Source of the DNA: Octopus vulgaris
Lineage: Eukaryota
NCBI GenBank assembly: GCA_951406725.2
Contig: OX597834.1
Coordinates: 40,134,001-40,196,000 of the forward strand
Direction of reading: 5' to 3'
Length of the DNA stretch: 62,000 bases
The translations under genes and the position numbers were made by a program. Under the pieces are notes generated by a model. It did not search any database. It was not told where the DNA came from and saw only the letters and a program-made list of their open reading frames with translations. Positions 14,482 to 27,689 of the stretch are shown here, piece by piece (the stretch's first letter is position 1; every line of letters starts with the position of its first letter).

Positions 14482-16841
14482 TATTGTCAACATAAGGTAC
14501 CACGCGGTGGGAGTGAACCAAAAACCTGGTGATTGCAAAAGCAAACGTCTTAACCATCAGTTGTATATTCCAACCAATAGCTGGATTTATTCCTTATACT
14601 CAAATCCTATTTAAATGTTTATGCCATCAATCTGAAACTTTTCAACCCACACAGCCAGCCACACACAGAGAAAGAAACACAGAATGAAACAGCACTCTTT
14701 GAAATGGTTGTTCTTCCATTTCACTAACTGGATCAGTTACACACAGATAATGAAGTGGAACCCCTCTTTCCATTCCACTTAATATAAAAAAAAAAAAAGG
14801 ACGAGGATGATCCCATTCAAATTCACAAGCTGTCTTCTTCGGTCCTTACATTCGAATGTTTATGAAATTAGACTTCAAACACTTTACACCTGCTAGGCAG
14901 AAGTCAATTAAGGTATCACAGCTCTTATTTGACGGAGCATGATTCCATGACTTCACTTAAGCAGTCCATTAGTTTCAATAAAACTTCTCCTTGATGTGTC
15001 GAATATTTGGTTTTATTAAAACCATGAATAACTGATGCTGCCGAAACAGTAACGAGCCCCGATGTTTAACTTCAAACCTGTACGGTGTCAATTCAATTAT
15101 GCACCTTTAACATATCATTCCTACCCACCCCAACTATTTACCTGCCCACCCACCTACCCCAGGTTAACCCGACTATGTGTCATTTTGAATGATTCATCCT
15201 TATTTATTCCGTAACATTTCAGCTCCCTCAATTCCACCATGTAATTGTATTATTTTATTTTATTTTATTTTATTTCTTCCCTTGCTAAATCACAATTACC
15301 TCCCTTCTAAGTAATCTCCTCTTCCCCTCCCCGCCCCTTCCAATTTCCTCCTCACCTCAGATTTAAATTAACCCTTTTGATACCAACTTGCCTGAGATCC
15401 CATCCCTGCTTCTATGAAAAAACATTTTTGTTTTAAAGAAATCTAAATTAAAAACTTCCATCAAAATTTGAACTTATGGTTCCAAATAATAGCATAATAA
15501 TCGTTTTAAATTTTGGCTTAAGGCCAGTAGAATTTTAGGGTAGGGAATAAATTGATTACATCAACCCCAGTACTCAACTGGTACAATTTTATAAACCCCA
15601 AAAGGATGAAAGGTAAAGTTGACATTGGTGGTATTTGAACTCAAAACAAAGCTGTGCCAACAGTCCTTCTGGCTTTATAACAATGATGTTATTCTATTAA
15701 ATTCTTCATTCTTTTACAAATCAACTGAAACAAAGGCCCTTTATTCCAACAAAAAAGTGGGGGAGCAAAAGGGTTAAATTGTAATTTTTCTTACATTTTT
15801 ATAATTACCATTATTATTTGTTTTAGTCACTGCATAGAAGAATTTTGGTAGAACACATCAACCCCAGGACTTATTTTCTTATTAAGCCTAGTAAGACCAA
15901 CACTGGTTGCTAAGCAGTAGCAGGGGACAAGCACAGGCAGAAGGATGCACACAGATGCAGACACACACATGACAGGCTTCATTCAGTTTCCATCTACAAA
16001 ATCCATTCACAAGGCTTTGGTCACCCAGATGCTGTATAGAAGAAGACCTTTGTGCAAAGAGCCACACAGCAGGACTGAACCTAGAATCATGTGATTGGGA
16101 AGCAATTACTATCCTTACTGATTGTAACCCAGCGGCTGCATATTCTAAACACTATTGTACCCTTGACATAACTTCTCAAGTAGGATCAGCGTCAGAGTGA
16201 CTAAGGGGTTGGCCCTTGAATAAGGACTACACCTCAGCTTGTTCTGGTGGTGGACTTTCTGAAATTCTGTCTGCTGGGGTTGAACATGAGATCTCGAGAT
16301 TGCACAGTGAACTTTTAAATATGCAGTCATACCTGAATCCATTCACACATACACACACATGTAAATACACACACATACATACATACACATATATGCATGT
16401 GCATATGTATATATACATACATACATGCATATGCTTGCACCCATATCTAAATACACACATACATATTTATACCTACACAAACATACACATATATAGATAC
16501 ACATACGCATATATATATATATATGTGCATGCATGCATATGCATGTGTGTGAGTGTGTATGCATATACACACACACATACATGCATAAATGTAGACACAC
16601 GTATACATATGTGCATGCATACACACACACACACACACACACATATACATGCATGCACACACACACACATATATTATAGACACATACACATACATGCAAA
16701 CAAGATAAAATGATAAAGGAAACCTGTAAAAAAAAATAATAAAACTACTGTAAAATATAACAAAACAAATAAGAAGTTTCATGAACAATTTTGAGTTATT
16801 TATCTTGTGAGTTCAAATCTATCGATTAGCATAACGTTTAG

Positions 16842-17181
<340 letters not shown>

Positions 17182-17317
17182 GAAATAACAAAAATAATAT
17201 TCAAATGTCTAACATCGAATTTAAACGAATATTTTCTTCAACAGATATAAATTTTTTCCACTAGGATACATTTGTATTTATCTAAAGTAAATATATAACT
17301 TAAACACTATGTATATA

Positions 17318-17346
17318 CACACACATACACCTCCATACATAATATC

Positions 17347-17377
<31 letters not shown>

Positions 17378-17430
17378 TATATAGACACAAATATATATAT
17401 ACACACACATACACCTCCATACATAATATC

Positions 17431-17461
<31 letters not shown>

Positions 17462-17515
17462 TATATAGACACAAATATATATATACACACACATACACCT
17501 CCATACATAACAGCA
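17318..17515. repeat. 84-bp higher-order repeat built from microsatellites
   Basis: cctccatacataa at 17330, 17414 and 17498. Confidence 0.85.
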
Positions 17516-17579
17516 TATATATATATACACACACACACACACATACAAACACACATATAGACATAAATATATATATCCA

Positions 17580-18392
17580 CATCATCATCATCATCATCAT
17601 CATCATTTAGCGTCCGTTTTCCATGCTAGCATGGGTTGGACGGTTCAACTGGGGTCTGGGGAGCCCGAAGGCTGCACCAGGCCAGTCAGATCTGGCAGTG
17701 TTTCTACAGCTGGATGCCCTTCCTAACGCCAACCACTCCGAGAGTGTAGTGGGTGATTTTATGTGCCACCGACACAGGTGCCAGACGAGGCTGGCGAACG
17801 GCCACGCTCGGATGGTGTTTTTATGTGCCACCGACACAGGTGCCAGACGAGGCTGGCAGACGGCCACGCTCGGATGGTGTTTTTATGTGCCACCGACACA
17901 GGTGCCAGACGAGGCTGGCAGACGGCCACGCTCGGATGGTGTTTTTATGTGCCACCGACACAGGTGCCAGATGAGGCTGGCGGACGGCCACGATCGGATG
18001 GTGTTTGTTACGTCCCCAAAGCACGGAGGCCAGTCTATGCGGTACTGGCTACGGCCACGTTCGGATGATTTTCTTGTGTGCCACCGGCACTGGTACCACA
18101 AAGATACAAATTCCATTTATGTTCATCTATTTTGATTTGATTTGATTTGATTTTCACTTGCCTCAACAGGTCTTCACAAGTGTCACAAGAAGGAAGGTAT
18201 GCACAGGTGGACTGTCTACGTCGCCGGGTCTTCGGATGGTGTCTTTATGTGCCACCGACACAGGTGCCAGATGTGGCTGGCGAACGGCCACGATCGGATG
18301 GTTTTCTTGTGTGCCACCGGTACTGGAACCACAAAGATACAAATTCCATTGATGTTCATCTATTTTGATTTGGTTTGATTTTGATTTTGATT
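17580..18392 (-). mobile_element. RTE 3' UTR copy with internal 62-bp tandem expansion
   Basis: (CAT)n tail, RTE end, four 62-bp units at 17761, 17823, 17885 and 17947, and a partial re-duplication at 18230-18392. Confidence 0.75.
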
Positions 18393-18577
18393 TTTTATAT
18401 ATATATATATATATACACACATACATATATATAGACACAAATATATATATATATTCACATTGATACATGCATATAAACATACACACGCATTCATAAACAT
18501 AATTATATATTTACATATATGTATAACATATATATATATAAAACACGTATGTGTATGTATGTATATATGTATGTATG

Positions 18578-18621
<44 letters not shown>

Positions 18622-19049
18622 TATACATACATATATATACACACATACATATACCAGCATGGTAAATAGACTTTAAATTATATATATATATATATATATA
18701 TACACGCACACACACACAAACACACAATCACAACATGAAGCAGATTCTAAGAAAATCTATGTCGAGAAGAATCTAAAAATATTCTTCAATGAAGCAAATG
18801 GAAAAGAGTTTAAAGTAGCGTCTTTTTTTTAATGTCGTCTGCCATTCTGATGGGGTTGATAATAATTCTGAGCAGTTTGGTTGTTTTGTCTTATTTTTTG
18901 ACGGGTTTGACGGGTGGTGGATTAAATGGACATGAACGACTTGTTTTTTATTTATAACTTTTCTGCTTCTTCCTATAATTACCCATCACCTCTTCACAAA
19001 TCAATGAGTTTATAGCATTTACAGCAAATATTATTATTCCTGTTATATG

Positions 19050-19083
<34 letters not shown>

Positions 19084-19142
19084 TGGTAAAAACGGTAAGA
19101 TAACAAAAGAAAGAAAGAGACCTCAATATTATGTAAATAGAG

Positions 19143-19196
<54 letters not shown>

Positions 19197-19411
19197 TTAC
19201 ACACACATACATACATAGTATAGACTTATATGGTATATATATATATGTAAATAGATACACACACACGCTATATGTATACATATGTATACACAGTATATAT
19301 GTACATACATACATAAACAGTATATGTATACATATGTATACACAGTATATTATACATACATACACACACAGTATTTGTATACATTTATATACACGGTATA
19401 CAATATACATA

Positions 19412-19450
<39 letters not shown>

Positions 19451-19549
19451 ATTGTATACTGTGTATATAAATGTATACAAATACTGTGTGTATGTATGTA
19501 TGTATAATATACTGTGTATGTATGTACATATATACTGTGTATACATATA

Positions 19550-19587
<38 letters not shown>

Positions 19588-20024
19588 TACTGTATATACA
19601 TGTGTATTATGTATATTTTATATATATATATATATGGCAAAACCTTTTGACCTCATCATAAAATTTTTCTGCATACGTGACTAAAAACTTTATGTAGATT
19701 TTACAGCATCAGTTTTTTAACATAACATACATACATATATATATATATATACACGCACTATACAGTACAGTACTGAAGTAGTTTTTATTTCACTATTAAA
19801 TAACATGCTTTTCATAACGTCATTTATCAAAGTCGATGCCCATGTCCATTGTGAATGATGTAGGAACCTGTTTATCCCCATGATGACTATGGTTAATTTT
19901 ATTGCAGACACCTATGATAAAATGCTTACTCAACCTACCTGCGATACCGTAGTAGATATTATGTTGCTGTATTATGCTTCAGAAAATCTCTTGTAATATA
20001 ATTCCATTCAGGAATGATTTAACA

Positions 20025-20758
20025 TAGTGGTTCCCAAATCTTTCCAGGGTGCCACACCCTTGGTGCCCTGGCAACATTCCTAGCTCTACACCCTTCCTAC
20101 TCACCACCACAAACACAGACCGTTTTCTGCAGCAAATTAAAAAAAAACAATATTTCACAAATAAAACTTAACCTAACTAACTTGTTATTTTGTTGTTTTT
20201 CACATCCATTAACCCCCTTTTGGTCATCCCACTATCTATTTCTTTACTACCTGCATGGGGCTAAACACAGAGAGGACAAACAAGGACAGACAAACGGATT
20301 AAGTCGATTACATCGACCCCAGTGCGCAACTGGTACTTAATTTATCGACCCCGAAAGGATGAAAGGCAAAGTCGACCTCAGCGGAATTTTAACTCAGAAC
20401 GTAATGGCCAACAAAATACCTATTTCTTTACTACCCACAAGGGGCTAAACACAGAGAGGACAAACAAGGACAGACAAACAGATTAAGTCAATTACATCAA
20501 CCCCAGTGCGTAACAGGTACTTAATTTATCGACCCCGAAAGGATGAAAGGCAAAGGCGACCTCGGTGGAATTTGAACTCAGAACGTAACAGCAGACAAAA
20601 TACAGCTACGCATTTCGCCCGGCGTGCTAACATTTCTGCCACCACGCTGCCTTTTGGTCATCCCATTATCACACCACTCTTCTTCAATGCCCACCGTTTT
20701 CATGGACCTTTGCACCACCACCACCAGGGGGCAGTACTGTCTACTTTGGGAAGCACTG
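20025..20758. mobile_element. hAT-like MITE hosting a SINE dimer
   Basis: Terminal tagtggttcccaaa / tttgggaagcactg inverted repeats; degenerate 8-bp flanks atttaaca / gtttaacc. Confidence 0.5.
20237..20652 (-). mobile_element. Head-to-tail SINE family B dimer with one TSD
   Basis: Full monomer 20421-20652 plus headless unit 20237-20420; flanked by ccttttggtcatccca(c/t)tatc at 20216 and 20650. Confidence 0.85.
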
Positions 20759-20764
20759 GTTTAA

Positions 20765-21023
20765 CCCTTCAGCATTCAGATTACTCTATTATATGTCATG
20801 CATCTTTATTCATCCTCTTTTAAACTGATCGTTCACTATCTTGTATAAAGTGTCTTATATAAACAATCTTATACAAACATCCACTATCTTATATAAACAC
20901 TCAGTCTGATTATGTACAAAACGACATTGTAAGGTAAGGTAGCAGAAGCCAAACCTGGGCAGTTTGAACACAAAATGGTTCAAATATTCTAAACCAGATA
21001 TGGCTGGTTTAAGTGCTAAAGAC
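20765..21023. mobile_element. piggyBac-like MITE
   Basis: TTAA on both sides, termini cccttcagcatt / agtgctaaagac; a truncated second copy starts at 21038 after another TTAA. Confidence 0.55.
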
Positions 21024-21112
21024 TTAAAGAATATTAACCCTTTAACGTTTAGATTACTCTATCAAATTGTGAAGTATATTTGCCACTTATAAGTGGCAAA
21101 TATATGAAAATC

Positions 21113-21297
21113 CCTATGAAAATCCCTATTTCTTACAATTTTTTGACTGCTGTGTCACCATTTTTCAGTGTATTTCAACCAGAAAAATGTTCACTTAAAG
21201 AGAATAACAAGCTACAGCATGCAAAATTTTTACTTTTCAAAAATTCCAATTTTAAAGGGTCGAAACAAACCTGAGCAAGACCGGGAGATACTGCTAG
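21113..21297 (+). mobile_element. 5'-truncated copy of the Helitron-like element
   Basis: Matches about 26260-26443, including gggtcgaaacaaac...gatactgCTAG|T. Confidence 0.6.
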
Positions 21298-21301
21298 TAT
21301 G

Positions 21302-21338
<37 letters not shown>

Positions 21339-22403
21339 ATAAAGTAATGCTTATCATCACTTAAACATGGCTGAATATCTTATCTTTAAATAAACTACAA
21401 GAATGACAGATCTCATGAGCAGAGACATACATTTATTATATCCTGTGATAACTGACTGAGAGCAATTTTGGGATAATTGAACTAAATACTTTTGGATGAT
21501 TTGAAACTGAACATGGACCATTTCAGTTTGAAATTGTGAAATTTTACTTGTTAAAAACACTTATGTTCTTGCTAACAGTTGTAGGACAAAAATTTATTTT
21601 CAGAACTACCCTAAATATTCACACACAAGCACATAAGGAGCAGGGGAAAAAAGGTGGCATAAATAGAACTTGGATAAAATATGGTGTGGTTTTGAAGTTG
21701 GAAAATTTTGAACTGTTGCTCAGAATTTCAACTAATTCTTTTCAGCTTCAAAATATGTGTATGTGTGTGTGTGGGTGTGTGTATAAGAATGTGTGTGTGT
21801 GTGTGTGTGTGTGTGAGTGAACTGCAATGAGACAAAAAAAAATGATGATGATGCTGTTACATAATTTTGACAAGAATGGTTGAAGGCAAACTATTTCATT
21901 GATTAAATAAGAAATTAATTAGTTAATTACTGTATAGATTTACCTAAATTCATACACAGAAGCCAATGTATAGCAATGAAATGATTCCTCAAGCTATTTG
22001 TAATGATCGTCTCCTATGCAATACTAAAGAATACTACTTATTAATTAGCTATGCATAGGTCACTTTTACTAAATTAAAAGCAATTAATGAAGTCTACACT
22101 ATCAAGAAAATTTATCAATTCCAATTTTAATATATTTTTATCAAAATATGCTTTTCTACTTTCTTGTATTATTAAAGATTTCAATTACATGCTTCAATCA
22201 GAAATTTTTATTCTCTTTCTCTCTTTTACTTGTTTCAGTCATTTGACTGCAGCCATGCTGGAGCACCGCCTTTTAGTCGAGCAAATCGACCCCGGGACTT
22301 ATTCTTTGTAAGCCCAGTACTTATTCTATCGGTCTCTTTTGCCGAACCGCTAAGTGTTTTAAAACTTAATGTTTGTATCCATTTTCTTCTACTGATTCCC
22401 TGC

Positions 22404-22446
<43 letters not shown>

Positions 22447-23092
22447 CATCTTTTCTTTGCTTACAGCCTTTATTTCTATTTGCCTTTATTTTTTTTTTTC
22501 ATCTTTGTAACTTTTTCTCTATCATTTTTATCCTCATCTTATTTTCTTTCAAGGTCTTTGACACTTCAGACTTTGTCCCTCCTTTTTCTCACAACATTCA
22601 TTTGTCACCCTTCCCCTGTTATTTCATTTCATAATTTTCGTCTTTCCCCAGCACACTGTTACTCTCATTCTCTTTCCTTGCAGCACACACACACACACAC
22701 ACACACTTTCTCTCTCTCTCTCTTGCATGCTTTCCACAAAAACAAAAAAAATTGATTACATAGTTTTTCTTTGAGATACTTCAGGAATATTTGAGAAAAC
22801 GTTTACTCTTATATACAAGGGCAGGCATGGCAGTGTGGCAAAGAAGTTTGCTTCCCAACCTCATGGTCCCGGGTTCAATCTCACAGAGTGGAACCTTGGG
22901 CAAGAGTCTTCTAATATAGCCTCAGGCCAACTAAAGCCTTGTGAATGAATTTGCTTAACAACCAGTATAGGTGTATTTATGTCCCTGTAACTTAGCTGTT
23001 TGGTTGCTGGCAGAAACTCCACCCTCCAGGTGTTTCTGTCAGGCTTGCCTGTATGAAACTGCTGTGGAGTACATAACTGCGAATATATATCG

Positions 23093-23629
23093 AAATCAAA
23101 ATCAAAGTGAAATTCGATGACAAGCATGAGCACCATACGAGCGTGATTGTTGACAGAGCGGCTAACCAGCTTCGGTGCCAGTGGCACATAAAAGGCACCA
23201 TTCGAGTGTGATCGTTACCAGCGTTGCCTTACTGGCACTTGTGCCCCATGCTAGTAGCACCATCCAAGTGCAATCGTTGCCAGAGTGGCTAACTGCCTTC
23301 CGTACCGGTGGCATGTAAGAAGCACCATTTGAGCAGGATCATTACCAGCATTGCCTTACTGGCACCTGTGCCATTGGCATGTGTTAAAAGATTCACATGA
23401 GGTCGTTGCCAGTACCGCCTGACTGGCCCCCGTGCCAGTGGTACGTAAAAGCACCCACTACACTCTCGGAGTGGTTGGCATTAGGAAGGGCATCCAGCTG
23501 TAGAAACTCTGCCAGATCAAGACTGGAGCCTGTTGCAGCCATCTGGTTCGCCAGCCCTTTCCATGGGTTGGGCGGTTTGACTGAGTGCTGGCGAACCAGA
23601 TGGCTGCACCAGGCTCCAATCTTGATCTG

Positions 23630-23630
<1 letters not shown>
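23093..23630 (+). mobile_element. RTE 3' UTR copy with inverted 3' end
   Basis: Forward UTR modules to 23555, then an inverted copy of the terminal about 70 bp. Confidence 0.7.
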
Positions 23631-23686
<56 letters not shown>

Positions 23687-24237
23687 TATATATAGGAGTA
23701 AAGGTAAGGACAAGTAAGTTAGGTGAGTCAGTACACAAAAGTCAATATACAAACATGGCATACCCTACAAACATACCCTAGCAGAAACAACAGCTGGAGG
23801 GTGGAGTTTGTCAGCAATAAAATTACGCAAGAACATTATCTTCGATTTTGAGTTTGATTGCTATTATAATCCATGATGAAAGTGCCGACCAATTGATTAG
23901 TGAATCTCCTTGGATTTACACTTTGTATGGAATGCCCTGTAGATTTCACCTCTATGGATTCATATCCTCTTCACTTGACATTTTCTTAACCAAATATTCA
24001 TACATGAAATGCTGACTGAGGAATTTGCCTAGATTCCTTGAATCTCTACATTCTATCACTCTCGCTTGTTCACTCATCCACCCATTCACTCATTCATATA
24101 TATATCATCATCATTTAACATTGGCCTTTAACGATGATGATTATAAATAATACATACAAATATATATATATATATATGAATGAATGAACAAGAGTGATAG
24201 ATAGTAGAGATTGAAGAAATCTCTATATATATATCTA

Positions 24238-24305
<68 letters not shown>

Positions 24306-24462
24306 GGCATTATTAACAAGAATGGAGAATTATACATCTTTAAAACTAATTTATTACAGAATTATTGACATTAAATTGATATTTGATTTCAGTCCAACAC
24401 GTGTTTCTGCTACATAAGTGTCCTAATGCCCTTTGATTCAGCATTTCCATATTCATTTACAT

Positions 24463-24511
<49 letters not shown>

Positions 24512-25296
24512 GTATATATATACTCACACACACACACACACCTGTATATATGTATATATATCTATGTGTGTGTGTGTATACTTTAAGTTCGTTCACAGGA
24601 AATGCTTTGAATATGTAAAAATCCACTCATAAGGCATTGGTTGGCCTGAGGCTATAGTATAATGGTTTTGCTATGGAATCGTGAAACTATTTTTTGTTTT
24701 CTGAAGAAGCAATGTTTTAGACTTACAACACTTTTGCATAATAGCAACAACATATATATGGCCGTGTGGTAAGAAACCTGCTTCCCAACTACCCGGTTCT
24801 GTGTTCAATCCCACAGTACAGCACCTTGGGCAAACCAAAGCCTTATGAGTGGATTTGGGAGACGGAAACTGAAAGAAGACCATCATATATATTATATATA
24901 TCAAGATTAATCAGCCGAAATTGCGAAGATGATCCAGTTCTTGACTGATGATTGAAGGCTTCGAATGTCCTGTCCGTGATTTTTTGTGTCGTCTTCTAAA
25001 TGTTTCACGTTCTTGTCCCAGTTTGTATATTTTTTTACTTTTACATATATATATATATATGTATGTGTATATATGTATATATGTATATATATATACATAT
25101 ATATATATATAAGTTCAGTAAAATTTAGATTCAGTTGAATATGGTACTTAAGTTAAAGGCACCAGAAATTAGTATGGTATTATCCATATAATTCAAAATG
25201 GGGTAATATTTGCATTGTTCAATTAAATGGAGTCACATGAAACGATCGTACTGCATTACCTTTGGATATCCTTGTTGCTTATTTTGATTATATATA

Positions 25297-25394
25297 TATA
25301 GCCCCGGGCTGACCAAAGCCTTGTGAGTGGATTTGGTAGATGGAAACTGAAAGAAGCACATCGTATATATGTATGTATATATATACATGTGTGC

Positions 25395-25469
<75 letters not shown>

Positions 25470-25665
25470 TGTGTCTGTGTTTGTCGCCCCAACATCGCTT
25501 GACAACCGATACTGGTGTGTTTACATCCCCGTAACTTAGCAGTTTGGCAAAAGAGACCGATAGAATAAGTCCTCGGCTTACAAAGAATAAGTCCCGGGGT
25601 CGATTTGCTCAACTAAAGGCGGTGCTCCAGCATGGCCGCAGTCAAATGACTGAAACAAGTAAAAG
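25297..25665 (+). mobile_element. 5'-truncated SINE family A
   Basis: Body, long (GT)n and tail present; head missing. Confidence 0.8.
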
Positions 25666-26058
25666 TGTGAACGAGTGGAACGAAGACAATGACGATGGCT
25701 GTCTTACCCTCACGTACAAAAGCTTGTTGTTGCTACTGTTGTTGATGTCATCTACTGGCATATAATTTAGGTCCATCAAGTAGTTTGTTTACTAACTACT
25801 TCTAAATGTCGATACTTTCTCCACTCGTCCTCTCTCCCCCTCCATCCCTTCCATTGTCCTCTCCGGAATATTAATATTTCACACACACACACACACACAA
25901 CAAAAAGACTGATTATTCTGTAGCAAATGAAATTATGATATTGAAATGTCACCCACTTGGTTCTTGCAGAAATGTTTACTAGTGAGGTGAAAGTAATTTT
26001 CACAACACGGTTTCCACATAAACAAGATGGCCCAGTCATAGCCAGAGAGCCCTTATAA

Positions 26059-26443
26059 TCTCTCTCTATATAAAGCTGAAGTTGTCTGTGTATGGCAGGT
26101 TTGGTAGCCTTCAACTAACACTATCTCCTCCGAGACCCTGCGGTGCAAGTTGACCAAAATTGAGAGTATGATAGAAGAAGGATTGCTCTTCTTTCCGTAG
26201 AAGAAAAAATTCAAATCGAACCATGTTAACACCAAAAATTATTTGGATCAAAAAGGTGCTTTTTTTTCTATGAAAATCCCGATTTTTTACGATTTTTTAA
26301 CCGCTGTATCGCCATTTTTTTGGTGTATTTCAACCAGAAAAATGTTCACTTAAAGAGCTACATAATGCAACATTTTTACTTTTCAAAAATTCCAATTTTA
26401 AAGGGTCGAAACAAACCCAGGCAACGCCGGGCGATACTGCTAG
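26059..26443 (+). mobile_element. Non-autonomous Helitron-like element
   Basis: Starts A|TC, ends with subterminal hairpin cccaggcaacgccggg then CTAG|T; no TSD; second copy at 21113-21297. Confidence 0.65.
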
Positions 26444-26851
26444 TCATAAATACAATCAATCAGGATTGAACTGAATGACAAAGGAGGACACATTAGATAA
26501 TGTATTCCAAGGTATACCATCCACTTTTCTATGCTTGCATTGTTTTCCTTCTTTGGCTTCCTCTCTAAACACTGAACCATCAAGGTTAACTCAGGCATCA
26601 CATGCATGCATGTATAAATGTAATATACCCATGTATGTGTGTAGATAAGTAAAAGACCCCTTTCAGTCATGAAAGACCCTTTTCAGTCATTTTTACCCAA
26701 ATGCTGACTTTTTGTTTCTTTTATAAAGACATATATAAATATTTATAATACTTAAACATATCAAAGGGAAATGGAAAATTAAGTATAATTTTCACCTCCA
26801 GTGGCCTAAATTGTAAAAATTTTAGTCCCAAAAGACTATGAATTAGTCATA

Positions 26852-27091
26852 ATATATAGTGTACATTCAAACACATAAGGAATCCATTCATGGAATTCAA
26901 CATGCTAGAAAGAACAGCTAGGTTCTATAACCACAAAAATTAGGGATAAATTTCAACAGGAACAAAATGAAAAATAAAAACATTTTACCATCAAGTTTCC
27001 TAATATTTGTGGTTATAGAACTTAGCTGTTCTTTCTAGCGTGTTGAATTCCACGAGTGGATTCCTTATGTGTTTGAATGTCCACTATATAT
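26852..27091. repeat. Fold-back: 95-bp inverted arms with 50-bp spacer
   Basis: 26852-26946 versus 26997-27091, 7 mismatches. Confidence 0.92.
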
Positions 27092-27127
27092 CATAAATAT
27101 TTATAAATATATAAAGAGTAAAAACCT

Positions 27128-27441
27128 CCTTCGGTCATGAATGACCATGGGATTGCACCTAGAAAGTTCCCTTTTGAGGCACAAGTCCAGGCAAGGTTGT
27201 TTTATGGAAGATCAGCAGTCCCCCATGCATACCAGATTCCCCTCTCCAAGGGAAAGGGAAAGGGGCCGATACAGCTTGGTACCAGTGATGTCGCAATACA
27301 TTTCTACAGCTGAGGGAACTGGAGCAACGGGAAATAAAGTGTCTTGCTCAAGAACACAACATACAGCCTGGTCTGGGATTCGAACTCACTACCTCGAGAT
27401 TGTGAACATGACGCTCTAACCACCGATCCATGCACCTTCAC
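27128..27441 (-). mobile_element. tRNA-derived SINE family C
   Basis: A box tggatcggtggttagagc, B box gagttcgaatccc, then ttgagcaagacactt; matches 43578-43902 and part of 51730-51910. Confidence 0.8.
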
Positions 27442-27689
27442 TGGAGATAAGCACATGTATGTATAAATACAGTTTGCTATATTTCTGAAGATGAAGGCAT
27501 ATACATAGAACGTCTGCACCAGACTGAGGTATTGCCAACAGTCTATTCCTACACACAGGTAAATGATATATCGTCAGGAATAAACACACCTGAGCAGCTG
27601 AGGAAACAGTTTGCAACTGAGATTCCAGGAAAATAAATGGAAATATTCGCTGAATGAGAAAGATTAGTTTAAAAGATGTTGAGGATGTT

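Noticed and set aside
14850-14889. 40-nt minus-strand candidate exon (VKCLKSNFINIR)
   Set aside because: Weak donor context (AT|gtaagg) and modest pyrimidine tract; expected by chance.
17761-18005. 62-bp array as CRISPR or a coding repeat (ORFs 17623-18135)
   Set aside because: Units are near-identical end to end and lie in an RTE 3' UTR.
24105-24141. Tail-to-tail (CAT)n-TTAAC / TTAAC-(GAT)n remnant of two inverted RTE ends
   Set aside because: Too short to distinguish from chance next to simple repeats.
24905-25045. Hammerhead in the (AT)n-flanked family shared with 50366-50500 (CTGA(T/A)GA...TTCGAATGTC)
   Set aside because: Stem II is too short, GAAA is absent, and no stem I pairing was found.
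27330-27441. tRNA gene
   Set aside because: The A/B boxes belong to a SINE head that continues into the SINE body; no full cloverleaf is evident. The same applies to the other heads.
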